Shown here in pieces: positions 20,269 to 27,527 of a stretch of 64,000 nucleotides of DNA (its first letter is position 1; every line of letters starts with the position of its first letter). A program made the position numbers and the translations under genes. Under the pieces are notes generated by a model. That model made no database searches. It was not told where the DNA came from and saw only the letters and a program-made list of their open reading frames with translations. Source of the DNA: a phage; the sequence record NC_102531.1. One strand, given 5' to 3'.

Positions 20269-20322
20269 GGTTAAAATTTAGTAACCTAAATAGATCGAAA
20301 CTAACTAAAAGGAGACTAATAC

Positions 20323-20592
20323 TTATCGAGGCACTCGGTGGATGATTCTAACAGTAACTGCGTTTTCATTCATCAAGTATGCATCTACATCTCTGTAAAT
20401 ATAAAACTTCTGCTCACTATCAACAACACAAGCTACCGCCCCTTCAGAGTTGTCTTCAAAAAAGACCACCACTGCATCGCAGCTGAGTTCATGATATGAC
20501 TCTCGAAGATTTACAGACAGAGGATTGAAATCGTCACGAAAATCTACGGTATGGGTTGGATTTACACGCTCTACAATTTTAAGTGTATACAT
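20323..20592 (-). CDS. hypothetical protein
   Basis: 89-aa ORF downstream of the tRNA cluster. Confidence 0.4.
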   Translation of the reverse strand: MYTLKIVERVNPTHTVDFRDDFNPLSVNLRESYHELSCDAVVVFFEDNSEGAVACVVDSEQKFYIYRDVDAYLMNENAVTVRIIHRVPR

Positions 20593-20638
20593 TTTAAAGG
20601 TTCCTTTTGTTTATATATGTTTAAAGTATAACTGAAAG

Positions 20639-20715
20639 TGGTCTCCACGGAGTGATTCGAACACTCGACCTCCTGATCCCAAATCAGGCGCTCTACCAAG
20701 CTGAGCTACGCGGAG
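20639..20715 (-). tRNA. tRNA-Pro (anticodon UGG)
   Basis: Hand-folded cloverleaf: C1-G72 acceptor, D-arm GCTC/GAGC, anticodon loop TTTGGGA, T-loop TTCGAAT, encoded CCA. Confidence 0.8.
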
Positions 20716-20726
20716 TATTTACTATT

Positions 20727-20801
20727 TGGTGGCCCTGGGTGGAATTGAACCACCGTCTGGCGATTATGAGTCGCTTGCTTGAACCTTCCAGCTACAGGGC
20801 C
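20727..20801 (-). tRNA. tRNA-Met or tRNA-Ile2 (anticodon CAU)
   Basis: Hand-folded: acceptor GGCCCTG/CAGGGCC, anticodon loop CTCATAA, T-arm GGTGG-TTCAATT-CCACC, encoded CCA. Confidence 0.7.
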
Positions 20802-20802
20802 T

Positions 20803-20878
20803 TGGTGCTGATGGCAGGACTTGAACCTACAACCTATTGATTACAAATCAATTGCACTACCGATTGTGCTACATCAGC
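20803..20878 (-). tRNA. tRNA-Thr (anticodon UGU)
   Basis: Hand-folded: acceptor GCTGATG/CATCAGC, D-arm GCAC/GTGC, anticodon loop TTTGTAA, T-loop TTCAAGT, encoded CCA. Confidence 0.8.
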
Positions 20879-20883
20879 AAAAA

Positions 20884-20982
20884 GGTGCTAGGTGATGGAA
20901 TCGAACCACCTATGTATTCAACGACTACCTCGTCTATTTTCAGGATTAAAAATCCTCGCCCTTGCCAAAGGGCTTACCTAGC
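20884..20982 (-). tRNA. atypical tRNA-like gene (99 nt; anticodon loop UUUUUAA, putative UUU; roughly 30-nt variable region)
   Basis: Perfect 7-bp acceptor GCTAGGT/ACCTAGC, D-arm GCCC/GGGC, T-arm GGTGG-TTCGATT-CCATC, anticodon hairpin AGGA-TTTTTAA-TCCT; the region between anticodon and T-arm is far longer than in canonical type I or II tRNAs. Confidence 0.4.
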
Positions 20983-21080
20983 TCAGTATGTTGACCATGT
21001 TGCTAGTCGGCGATGACGACTGTAACATTTGATAATCCGGTTCTGCTTCCGGCTTTCGCTTAATTACAAGGTCAACAATG

Positions 21081-21171
21081 TGGCGGAGAGTAATGGAATC
21101 GAACCATCATCGAGTCATACCCAACGGGACGGTTTTCAAGACCGCTTGAGCACCATTGCTCCCTACCCTCC
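21081..21171 (-). tRNA. tRNA-Ser (anticodon UGA)
   Basis: Hand-folded type II tRNA: anticodon loop CTTGAAA, long variable arm, T-arm GATGG-TTCGATT-CCATT, encoded CCA. Confidence 0.75.
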
Positions 21172-21285
21172 TTTATAAATTATACTGATAATGACACTGA
21201 TTTTCGAGCAGTTAGTGACTAGTATAAACGACGATAAATATCAATGCCATTATCTGTATTATTTATGCATCTAAAAATATAAATT

Positions 21286-21372
21286 TGGTGGGGAGTGGTG
21301 GAGTCGAACCACCCGAGTCGCAATGACAATAGATTTACAGTCTACACCGCTACCTCTACGGGATAACTCCCC
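21286..21372 (-). tRNA. tRNA-Tyr (anticodon GUA)
   Basis: Hand-folded type II tRNA: acceptor GGGGAGT/ACTCCCC, anticodon stem-loop GTAGA-CTGTAAA-TCTAT, long variable arm, T-arm GGTGG-TTCGACT-CCACC, CCA. Confidence 0.7.
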
Positions 21373-21376
21373 AATT

Positions 21377-21451
21377 TGGCACCCCGTACTGGACTCGAAC
21401 CAGTGTCAACGGCTTAGAAGGCCGCTGCTTTATCCACTAAGCTAACAGGGC
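21377..21451 (-). tRNA. tRNA-Arg (anticodon UCU)
   Basis: Hand-folded: D-arm GCTT-AGTGGATA-AAGC, anticodon stem-loop GCGGC-CTTCTAA-GCCGT, T-arm CTGG-TTCGAGT-CCAG, CCA; two G-U pairs in acceptor stem. Confidence 0.7.
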
Positions 21452-21509
21452 ACTGGGTGGCTTTCTTTTACACCTTAGCCGCCAGAAAAGGTGGGAGACC
21501 ATGTTTACA

Positions 21510-21538
21510 ATATTACACTGTTAAGCAAAGTTTGTCAA
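21510..21538 (-). promoter_or_regulatory. sigma70-like promoter of the tRNA operon
   Basis: Minus strand TTGACA - 17 nt - TAATAT, about 50 nt upstream of the tRNA-Arg 5' end. Confidence 0.6.
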
Positions 21539-21547
21539 GAAAATATT

Positions 21548-21886
21548 TTAGCTATTGCCAACAGGCTGTATTTCTGTAGTAAATGGCATAAAAGGTGCTG
21601 GTTTTTCAGCCTCTTCCACTACCACCTCTTCCTCTTCACCAAACATCTCATCATATTCTTCCTGCATTCGGTCTGCCTTATCAAGAACATACTCTGCAAT
21701 GCTTTGACGAATATTTTGTTTGGTTTTCGGGTCCAACATCAGCTCTCTTAAAACTTTGTGAGCTTCTGGAACCATCGCTATAAAAGATTCCTTCATATCA
21801 AGGATGTTCTTCTCTAGCTGAATGGCGTTGGACTCCTCTTTCAGAGGTCTGCCTCTACGGCGACGCTTTTTAGTTGTATCCGCCAT
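21548..21886 (-). CDS. small basic DNA-binding-like protein (AT-hook-like RRRRGRP; possible small terminase)
   Basis: ATG at 21886 with GGAGG RBS; MADTTKKRRRRGRPLKEE... then acidic C-terminus; assignment speculative. Confidence 0.4.
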   Translation of the reverse strand: MADTTKKRRRRGRPLKEESNAIQLEKNILDMKESFIAMVPEAHKVLRELMLDPKTKQNIRQSIAEYVLDKADRMQEEYDEMFGEEEEVVVEEAEKPAPFMPFTTEIQPVGNS

Positions 21887-21914
21887 GTTTCCTCCATTAT
21901 CACGTGATAGGTGG

Positions 21915-21943
21915 ATTTTATCATAGCAAATACTGATTGTCAA
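21915..21943 (-). promoter_or_regulatory. sigma70-like promoter
   Basis: Minus strand TTGACA - 17 nt - TAAAAT just upstream of the 21886 start; palindrome ATCACGTGAT between -10 and RBS. Confidence 0.55.
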
Positions 21944-22232
21944 GTTCGCCGCAGGGTGGTATTCCCTGCGACTTGTCCAGCGTCCTGGACCAGCAAGACC
22001 CAACAAGTGGGTTACCAGAGGCCTATTACCCGCGCTTCGGCTCGACCTTGTTACAGGTTGGCTGGGGTCACATCGTCATGTGCTGGCTGCCCCTACCATT
22101 TTAAGTGTGGTGCACTATCAAGCCCTCTAAGGGGAACTCAGTCTTCTCTGAACCCTGTTTCAAAGCATCCAGAGATAAAGCCATCAAATTCATCTTTAAA
22201 TTGGATATTCATCATGATACACGAAAACAACC

Positions 22233-22475
22233 TCATTGTAAAGCACAAATAAATAAAACATACTTAATTTGTTTGTTATCAGGCTCAGGGTAGAAGTAGA
22301 AGATCTTGCTATCACCGATCTGAACACCACCATCCCAACAACATAGCCCATAACCTGTATTCATACAAGCTAAGTCGTTGGCAAAATCTATTGCATCATC
22401 CAGTGCACGAAATTCACCTTCATCTTCTAAATAATCCTCATTCATGGAACGAAAAACGAGCTTAACCTTAAACAT
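22233..22475 (-). CDS. hypothetical protein
   Basis: 80-aa ORF with its own promoter. Confidence 0.45.
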   Translation of the reverse strand: MFKVKLVFRSMNEDYLEDEGEFRALDDAIDFANDLACMNTGYGLCCWDGGVQIGDSKIFYFYPEPDNKQIKYVLFICALQ

Positions 22476-22526
22476 AGCATTACCTGTAGACCTCGTAAGT
22501 TAAAATTGTATAACATCATATTGCAG

Positions 22527-22555
22527 ATCTTATCAGGTAACATTATTTTTGTCAA
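22527..22555 (-). promoter_or_regulatory. sigma70-like promoter
   Basis: Minus strand TTGACA - 17 nt - TAAGAT upstream of ORF 22233..22475. Confidence 0.55.
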
Positions 22556-22740
22556 CAGATTCCGGCCTTATCTCGCCTGTCTGCGTATTCTTTAATCGCA
22601 ACCTCATCTGCATTAGTGACTAAATCTTCAAAGTAATTCTCAAGCTCCTCGTCAATGTCAGGAGACCAGCTCTTTTTCCTGTCAGTGTGAATCGCAGACT
22701 TGTTAAACTTATTACAGTTCTTTGCTACCGGATTGTTCAT
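22552..22740 (-). CDS. hypothetical small protein
   Basis: 62-aa ORF, acidic C-terminus. Confidence 0.35.
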   Translation of the reverse strand: MNNPVAKNCNKFNKSAIHTDRKKSWSPDIDEELENYFEDLVTNADEVAIKEYADRRDKAGIC

Positions 22741-22751
22741 TAATCACCCCC

Positions 22752-23330
22752 TCATCGTTCACAGTAAATCTTATTTAACATTACCTCATCATTTGCAGAA
22801 AGGATATCTAGATATGCATCACCAAATCTACCTGCAACAACCTCTGCATGATACATCACTTCGTTAATATCGTCAAGAGTGATAACCGGATGACCGTATC
22901 TCTCTGAGTATTGTCTCAGAGTGCGATGTAGAGAGTCGTCATCATAGGAAGACTTTTTAATATCACAAACACGACGAATAGCCTTGATGTCGAAAAACCC
23001 TGTACGATACCAACCAAGAAAAAGGTTTCGTACAGTGTCAACACCTACATCAACACTATCAAGAACCTTATCTACAAGATAGCTGTCATCCTTTGGACCT
23101 GCTTCCTTAGTGCGAATGTAGTTGCCATCTTTTCCAGGCGACATCTCCTTCTCATCCCCAACCTGCATGCCATCATTTGGCGGTGTTAGCCACTTATCCG
23201 GATGCTTACGATCACGAGCGTTAGAATGATTACGCTGGAAACCGGGCTTCCACTTGAAAGTTTTCTCCATCTGTTCTTCATTCTGATAACGTTTTGCAAT
23301 CTTTTCACGGTCATCTTTGCGTGAACCCAT
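22752..23330 (-). CDS. hypothetical protein
   Basis: 192-aa ORF with strong RBS GAGGAGG; no motif recognised. Confidence 0.5.
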   Translation of the reverse strand: MGSRKDDREKIAKRYQNEEQMEKTFKWKPGFQRNHSNARDRKHPDKWLTPPNDGMQVGDEKEMSPGKDGNYIRTKEAGPKDDSYLVDKVLDSVDVGVDTVRNLFLGWYRTGFFDIKAIRRVCDIKKSSYDDDSLHRTLRQYSERYGHPVITLDDINEVMYHAEVVAGRFGDAYLDILSANDEVMLNKIYCER

Positions 23331-23833
23331 AGCTGCCTCCTCTTCAAGTTATAGAAAAACTCACTGTATCGCTTTGTAACGAGCTTTTCTATCAAACTGG
23401 TGCGATTGCATTACCTGGTATAGTTTATATAGCTGTGGAGCGATTTAGGGGCCTTCTTGTCAGTTTCCACACATAAACTTCATCCAAGCTCGCGCGGGAG
23501 ACTCTCAACCGACTCCTTACGGCGCTGGCAAGCTTTCGTCGGTGGTCCACATCAGTGCTAGGCCTTTGGCCTGCGCTATCGCTTCGCTCCCACACATGTT
23601 AACAGACCTGCATGTATGAACTTCTGTTATTGTGTGCACCAAGGAGGCCCGGCATCTCGCCCCTCGTAGGCGAGTGCCAATGAAGGGCCGACACTGCCCA
23701 TAGTAAGTAATAAATTTAAAACATGGTACTTAGGATCTAGTATATTCTACATAAGTTAAGTATATGTACTTAGTACCATAAGTACTAGATCTTTTATTTT
23801 TTATTATTTAGTTATTTTAGTTATATTCTTTAT

Positions 23834-23940
23834 GTGTCCGTATCACGGACAGTTAGTGTCCGTATTACGGGCAGATGTGTCCGCGTGACGGACAGTAGTG
23901 TCCGTATCACGGACAGTTAATAGTATCCGTTCCATGGCGA
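23834..23940. repeat. phased array of 4-5 palindromic 19-bp sites (iteron/operator-like), consensus GTGTCCGT-ATC-ACGGACAG
   Basis: Copies at 23834, 23856, 23877 and 23898 plus a degenerate copy at 23922; 21-22 bp period; each is a 7-3-7 inverted repeat. Confidence 0.8.
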
Positions 23941-23990
23941 ACATAAAACATACGAATCCTTATAGTACAGATATTTAAGTTTTTACTGGT

Positions 23991-24341
23991 CTAACCAGTT
24001 GTTGACATCCGAATAACTTCTTCTGGTGGCAAAACTTTGGAAAATGTGCATCTTTTACCTCTCCCTTGTGTGGATGTTTCAACCACTCCTGCACATTCTA
24101 AAGTTTTAACGCACGCTGCTGCTTTTGTTTTCTTTATCCCAACATCTGCTGCAATTTTCCTTGTGCTTGGTGTGAAGCGTGAATTTCCTCCAAGCTTATA
24201 CCAGTTGTGCAGGTAGCAGTATACGATCTTGTCATACAAGTCAAGAACAACAACCTCCCCAGTTGTGTCATTCAAAACTTTTGACATAGATAGTATTTCA
24301 AGGGGGACTTTAAGATATAGCAGCTTATCCCCATCTTTCAT
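23991..24341 (-). CDS. putative HTH DNA-binding protein
   Basis: 116 aa; C-terminal segment FTPSTRKIAADVGIKKTKAAACVKTLECAGVVE looks like helix-turn-helix; adjacent to the palindromic repeat array. Confidence 0.4.
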   Translation of the reverse strand: MKDGDKLLYLKVPLEILSMSKVLNDTTGEVVVLDLYDKIVYCYLHNWYKLGGNSRFTPSTRKIAADVGIKKTKAAACVKTLECAGVVETSTQGRGKRCTFSKVLPPEEVIRMSTTG

Positions 24342-24388
24342 ATCTCCTGATTCTCCTTGTGTGGCAATTTTCTTTAAAATAGCAGGGA

Positions 24389-24943
24389 TTACTCCCTGCT
24401 GTCAATATCAAAACTCATTGCAATACGGTATGCCTCTTCTAATGGTAAGAGTCTCCCCCACACATCCCAACCGACATCAAGCTGCCTGCCAAACAACTGT
24501 TGTGTGGTTCCGTGAGCATGACCGAACAGTTGGACTGATCCGTGAGGCTTTCTGTTCCACTTTGCAAACTGGTAATGGCTCATACAGATCAAATTCTTGT
24601 TGTGGCGAAGCTCGTAATAATCTACAACCTCATGACCGAACTCTTTCATAATTCTGACAGTCGTCCTTGTGTCATGGTTGCCACGAACAAGAATAATATG
24701 TCCGTTCAACATATTTAGAATATCTGGAAGTAAGTTGTTGATATTCTTATCATTAGTGCACGCAATATCTCCCAAGTGGAACACAGTGTCTGCAGGTGAC
24801 ACAACAGAGTTCCACTCGGCGATGATTCCTGCATTCATACTGTCAAGATTACGATTATACTGAGATCTGTGTTTTTGACATGAATCAAACTCCATGACCC
24901 GCTGGTGGAGAAAGTGTGTGTCGCTTGTTACAAAGTATTTCAT
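24389..24943 (-). CDS. calcineurin-like metallophosphoesterase (putative RNA 2',3'-end healing phosphatase)
   Basis: Start ATG 24943 (MKYFVTSDTHF...); motifs SDTHF, GDIACT, GNHD, GHAHG match the metallophosphatase signature. Confidence 0.65.
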   Translation of the reverse strand: MKYFVTSDTHFLHQRVMEFDSCQKHRSQYNRNLDSMNAGIIAEWNSVVSPADTVFHLGDIACTNDKNINNLLPDILNMLNGHIILVRGNHDTRTTVRIMKEFGHEVVDYYELRHNKNLICMSHYQFAKWNRKPHGSVQLFGHAHGTTQQLFGRQLDVGWDVWGRLLPLEEAYRIAMSFDIDSRE

Positions 24944-24950
24944 ACATTCC

Positions 24951-25361
24951 TCATTTAAGTTTAATGCAGTTTTTAAGCTGGCGTTCCATACGATCCACAA
25001 CCCTGTCTGGAACATCATGAATGCTTTTATTACCGTGGCGGTTTTCAACCACGATCACGGTATAACTATACCCATTACTGATTGCCATGTCAATATATTC
25101 TTGCACATGTTTTTCTTTTGTAAACGTATTACTTACCACGATACGGTCGTATCCCATACGCATCATATCTTCTACGTTATCTTTGCACCATTTTGCTGCA
25201 AGTGTTACTTTACTTGCATCCCAGTTGTAATTTCCGTCATCGTCGTACCAGAACATGTCGTTCTCAAAATGTGGATACAGACCTTCTAAAGATAGCGCAT
25301 TTGCCAGTGTTGATTTGCCAGACCCTGGTAGACCACGCACGATATATAGCATTTTAGACAT
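24951..25361 (-). CDS. P-loop polynucleotide kinase-like protein
   Basis: Start ATG 25361 with GGAGGA RBS; Walker A GLPGSGKST near N-terminus, VVSNTF later; small kinase resembling the T4 Pnkp kinase domain (from memory). Confidence 0.55.
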   Translation of the reverse strand: MSKMLYIVRGLPGSGKSTLANALSLEGLYPHFENDMFWYDDDGNYNWDASKVTLAAKWCKDNVEDMMRMGYDRIVVSNTFTKEKHVQEYIDMAISNGYSYTVIVVENRHGNKSIHDVPDRVVDRMERQLKNCIKLK

Positions 25362-25461
25362 AGTAATCCTCCGTTTTAATTTTAATGATAGTATACCTAA
25401 CTGTTTTGTTAATTTCAAGTGTTGACACTAGGTTATTTGTGTGGCAGGATAGACTGACAAA

Positions 25462-26397
25462 ATGACAAATGAGGAACGTATGATGAAGTATTTTAATGCA
25501 GACGACTTGGTTGACAAAGGTCTTGTAACCAGTAGATATTACCCAGATCTTGGGTTAAAGATCTATAAATATGCCAGAAAAGTATTTTACAACAATTTAT
25601 GGCATTTGTCCCCTCGTTTACTAGAGTGCCGAGGCATTGTTGTCGGTAATGAAGGAAATGTTGTGGCATGGCCCTTCACAAAAGTGTTTAACTTGGGAGA
25701 AAACTCCACCAACCTGCCTGACAATAAGCTTGTGACGGCGGTAGAGAAAAAGAACGGATTCCTTGGTGTGGTATCATCTCATAAAGGTGAACTATTGTTC
25801 TCAACAACCGGATCTATTGATTCTCCATATTGTAACCTCGCAAAGGAAACCATCCAGGAGCAATGTGGTAATTTAGATCTTATCAAGAAGGTTATGGGTA
25901 ATGAAAACATGACATTCATGTTTGAAATTTGTCACCCTTCAGATCCGCATATTGTTCAGGAAGATCATGGCGCATATTTGATAGGTTGCAGATATAATGA
26001 TTCTGGAATAATGCTACCAGAGGCAGCTTTAGATGGGATTGCCAAATACCTTGGTGCAAAACGTCCTCACACTGTGCGTGAAATTCCGTTCAGCTATGCA
26101 AAAGAATTAGCTGCAGAAACAAGAGGCGAAGGGTATATGATCCGTAAGCCTTACTACCCTTATGACCTGCAGCTGAAGATCAAGTCTCCATACTATCTGG
26201 CACGGAAGGCCGTAATGAGGTGTAAAGCTTGGAAGATTTGGGATGATGATATCTTTAAACGTGTTGACGAAGAGTTTTACGGCATGGTAAACTTCATTCG
26301 TAGCAATTACACAGAAGATGTGTGGAACTGTCTCCTGGAGCAGGAACGCCGCGAGATACTTGACTGCTATTTCCACAACGAGGACTATATGCAATGA
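25462..26397 (+). CDS. RNA ligase, T4 Rnl1 family
   Basis: LLECRGIVVGNEGNVVAWPFTKVFNLGEN and EKKNGFL parallel T4 Rnl1 ALECRGIMFE...KFFNLNEN and KEDGSL (recalled); alternative start ATG 25480 has the better RBS. Confidence 0.75.
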   Translation: MTNEERMMKYFNADDLVDKGLVTSRYYPDLGLKIYKYARKVFYNNLWHLSPRLLECRGIVVGNEGNVVAWPFTKVFNLGENSTNLPDNKLVTAVEKKNGFLGVVSSHKGELLFSTTGSIDSPYCNLAKETIQEQCGNLDLIKKVMGNENMTFMFEICHPSDPHIVQEDHGAYLIGCRYNDSGIMLPEAALDGIAKYLGAKRPHTVREIPFSYAKELAAETRGEGYMIRKPYYPYDLQLKIKSPYYLARKAVMRCKAWKIWDDDIFKRVDEEFYGMVNFIRSNYTEDVWNCLLEQERREILDCYFHNEDYMQ

Positions 26398-26744
26398 AGA
26401 AGTTGATTGTGTGGCTGGATGACTTGAGAGATCCGTCAAATTATGGGCTCCCAGACGCTATTTGGCTAAAGAATTCCTCCGAGTTTATGGATTTTATTGA
26501 CGATAATAGAAAGCTCTACAGACGCGTTTCTGAGTGGCATATGGACAACGACCTTGGAGAGGTATTCGAAGGGTACGATTGCCTATCTATGTTGGAGGAA
26601 AAATTTGTATTTGGTAAGCCTCCTGTAGTTGACAACGTGAAGATTTTCGTGCATACTTCTAACCCATCAGCTGCTCGTAAATTCATGCTTGCAGCTGACT
26701 CGTTTAAAAAGTTCGGAATAGAGATTAAACAAAACATCTACTGA
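26394..26744 (+). CDS. hypothetical protein translationally coupled to the RNA ligase
   Basis: ATGA overlap with the ligase stop; 116 aa; no motif recognised. Confidence 0.5.
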   Translation: MKKLIVWLDDLRDPSNYGLPDAIWLKNSSEFMDFIDDNRKLYRRVSEWHMDNDLGEVFEGYDCLSMLEEKFVFGKPPVVDNVKIFVHTSNPSAARKFMLAADSFKKFGIEIKQNIY

Positions 26745-26752
26745 GGACACTT

Positions 26753-27514
26753 ATGCGACGACTGATCATTATCTCCGGTGCTGGTTTGAGCGCTGAATCT
26801 GGTATCCCCACTTTCCGGTCTGGTGGCACTGCAATGTGGGAGAATTTCAGCATCAATGAGGTGTGTAACATCCACACCTTCGCCAAGAACTACTATAAGG
26901 TGCATGACTTTTACAATGCACGACGTGTAGCTCTGGGCAGTGTTGATCCTAACCTTGCACATCTCCGGATCGCTGAGTGGTATTCCCGCTGGTCTGGTCG
27001 TGTGATCAACATTACCACCAATGTGGATGATTTGCTGGAGCGTGCTGGTGTAAAACATGAAGATATTTTACATGTCCACGGGTATTTGCCAGAAATAGTC
27101 TATGAGGACGATGAAGGAAGTAACGTTATTAAGGACATTGGATACTCTGAGGTAGATGCAGGAAAGTATACCTGGGTTAAGCCTAATGTAGTGTTCTTCG
27201 GAGAAGTAGCTCCGAAGTATACAGACATGTACGACCTGTTGACTTCCCTTACGAGTAATGATATGGTTATCCTTGTAGGGTGTTCCAACACAGTTATCAA
27301 TTTTAACTGGGAGCTATTCCCTGCCTGCAATAAGGGAACCAAACTACTGATCGTTAACAAATACGACTCACAGCATCTAGAGGAGAATGGCATTTCACGT
27401 AGTGATATTTACCAATATGAGGATCGCGGCATCCCAGTTTGGTTTAACGGGGCGGTTGATGCTTTCTCTGATAAAACATTCATTGAGATCGTAGAAAACT
27501 TTATGGAACTTTAA
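26753..27514 (+). CDS. Sir2 (sirtuin)-family NAD-dependent enzyme, no recognisable Cys4 zinc module
   Basis: GAGLSAESGIPTFRSGG, TTNVDDL, HVHG, VVFFGE and VGCS line up with sirtuin Rossmann/catalytic motifs; no CxxC pairs between the HG and FGE motifs. Confidence 0.7.
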   Translation: MRRLIIISGAGLSAESGIPTFRSGGTAMWENFSINEVCNIHTFAKNYYKVHDFYNARRVALGSVDPNLAHLRIAEWYSRWSGRVINITTNVDDLLERAGVKHEDILHVHGYLPEIVYEDDEGSNVIKDIGYSEVDAGKYTWVKPNVVFFGEVAPKYTDMYDLLTSLTSNDMVILVGCSNTVINFNWELFPACNKGTKLLIVNKYDSQHLEENGISRSDIYQYEDRGIPVWFNGAVDAFSDKTFIEIVENFMEL

Positions 27515-27527
27515 AAGGAGACCTTTA

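Noticed and set aside
21911-22252. 113-aa plus-strand ORF in the GC-rich block
   Set aside because: No RBS, antisense to two minus-strand promoters, and composition-driven (GC-rich region gives long open frames by chance).
23186-23395. 69-aa minus-strand ORF overlapping the 5' end of ORF 22752-23330
   Set aside because: It overlaps the better-supported ORF that has a strong GAGGAGG RBS, and extends into sequence without its own start signals.
23834-23940. Possible CRISPR array suggested by regularly spaced repeats
   Set aside because: The repeats are 19-bp palindromes at a 21-22 bp period with essentially no spacers and only 4-5 copies; this fits protein-binding iterons, not CRISPR repeat-spacer architecture.
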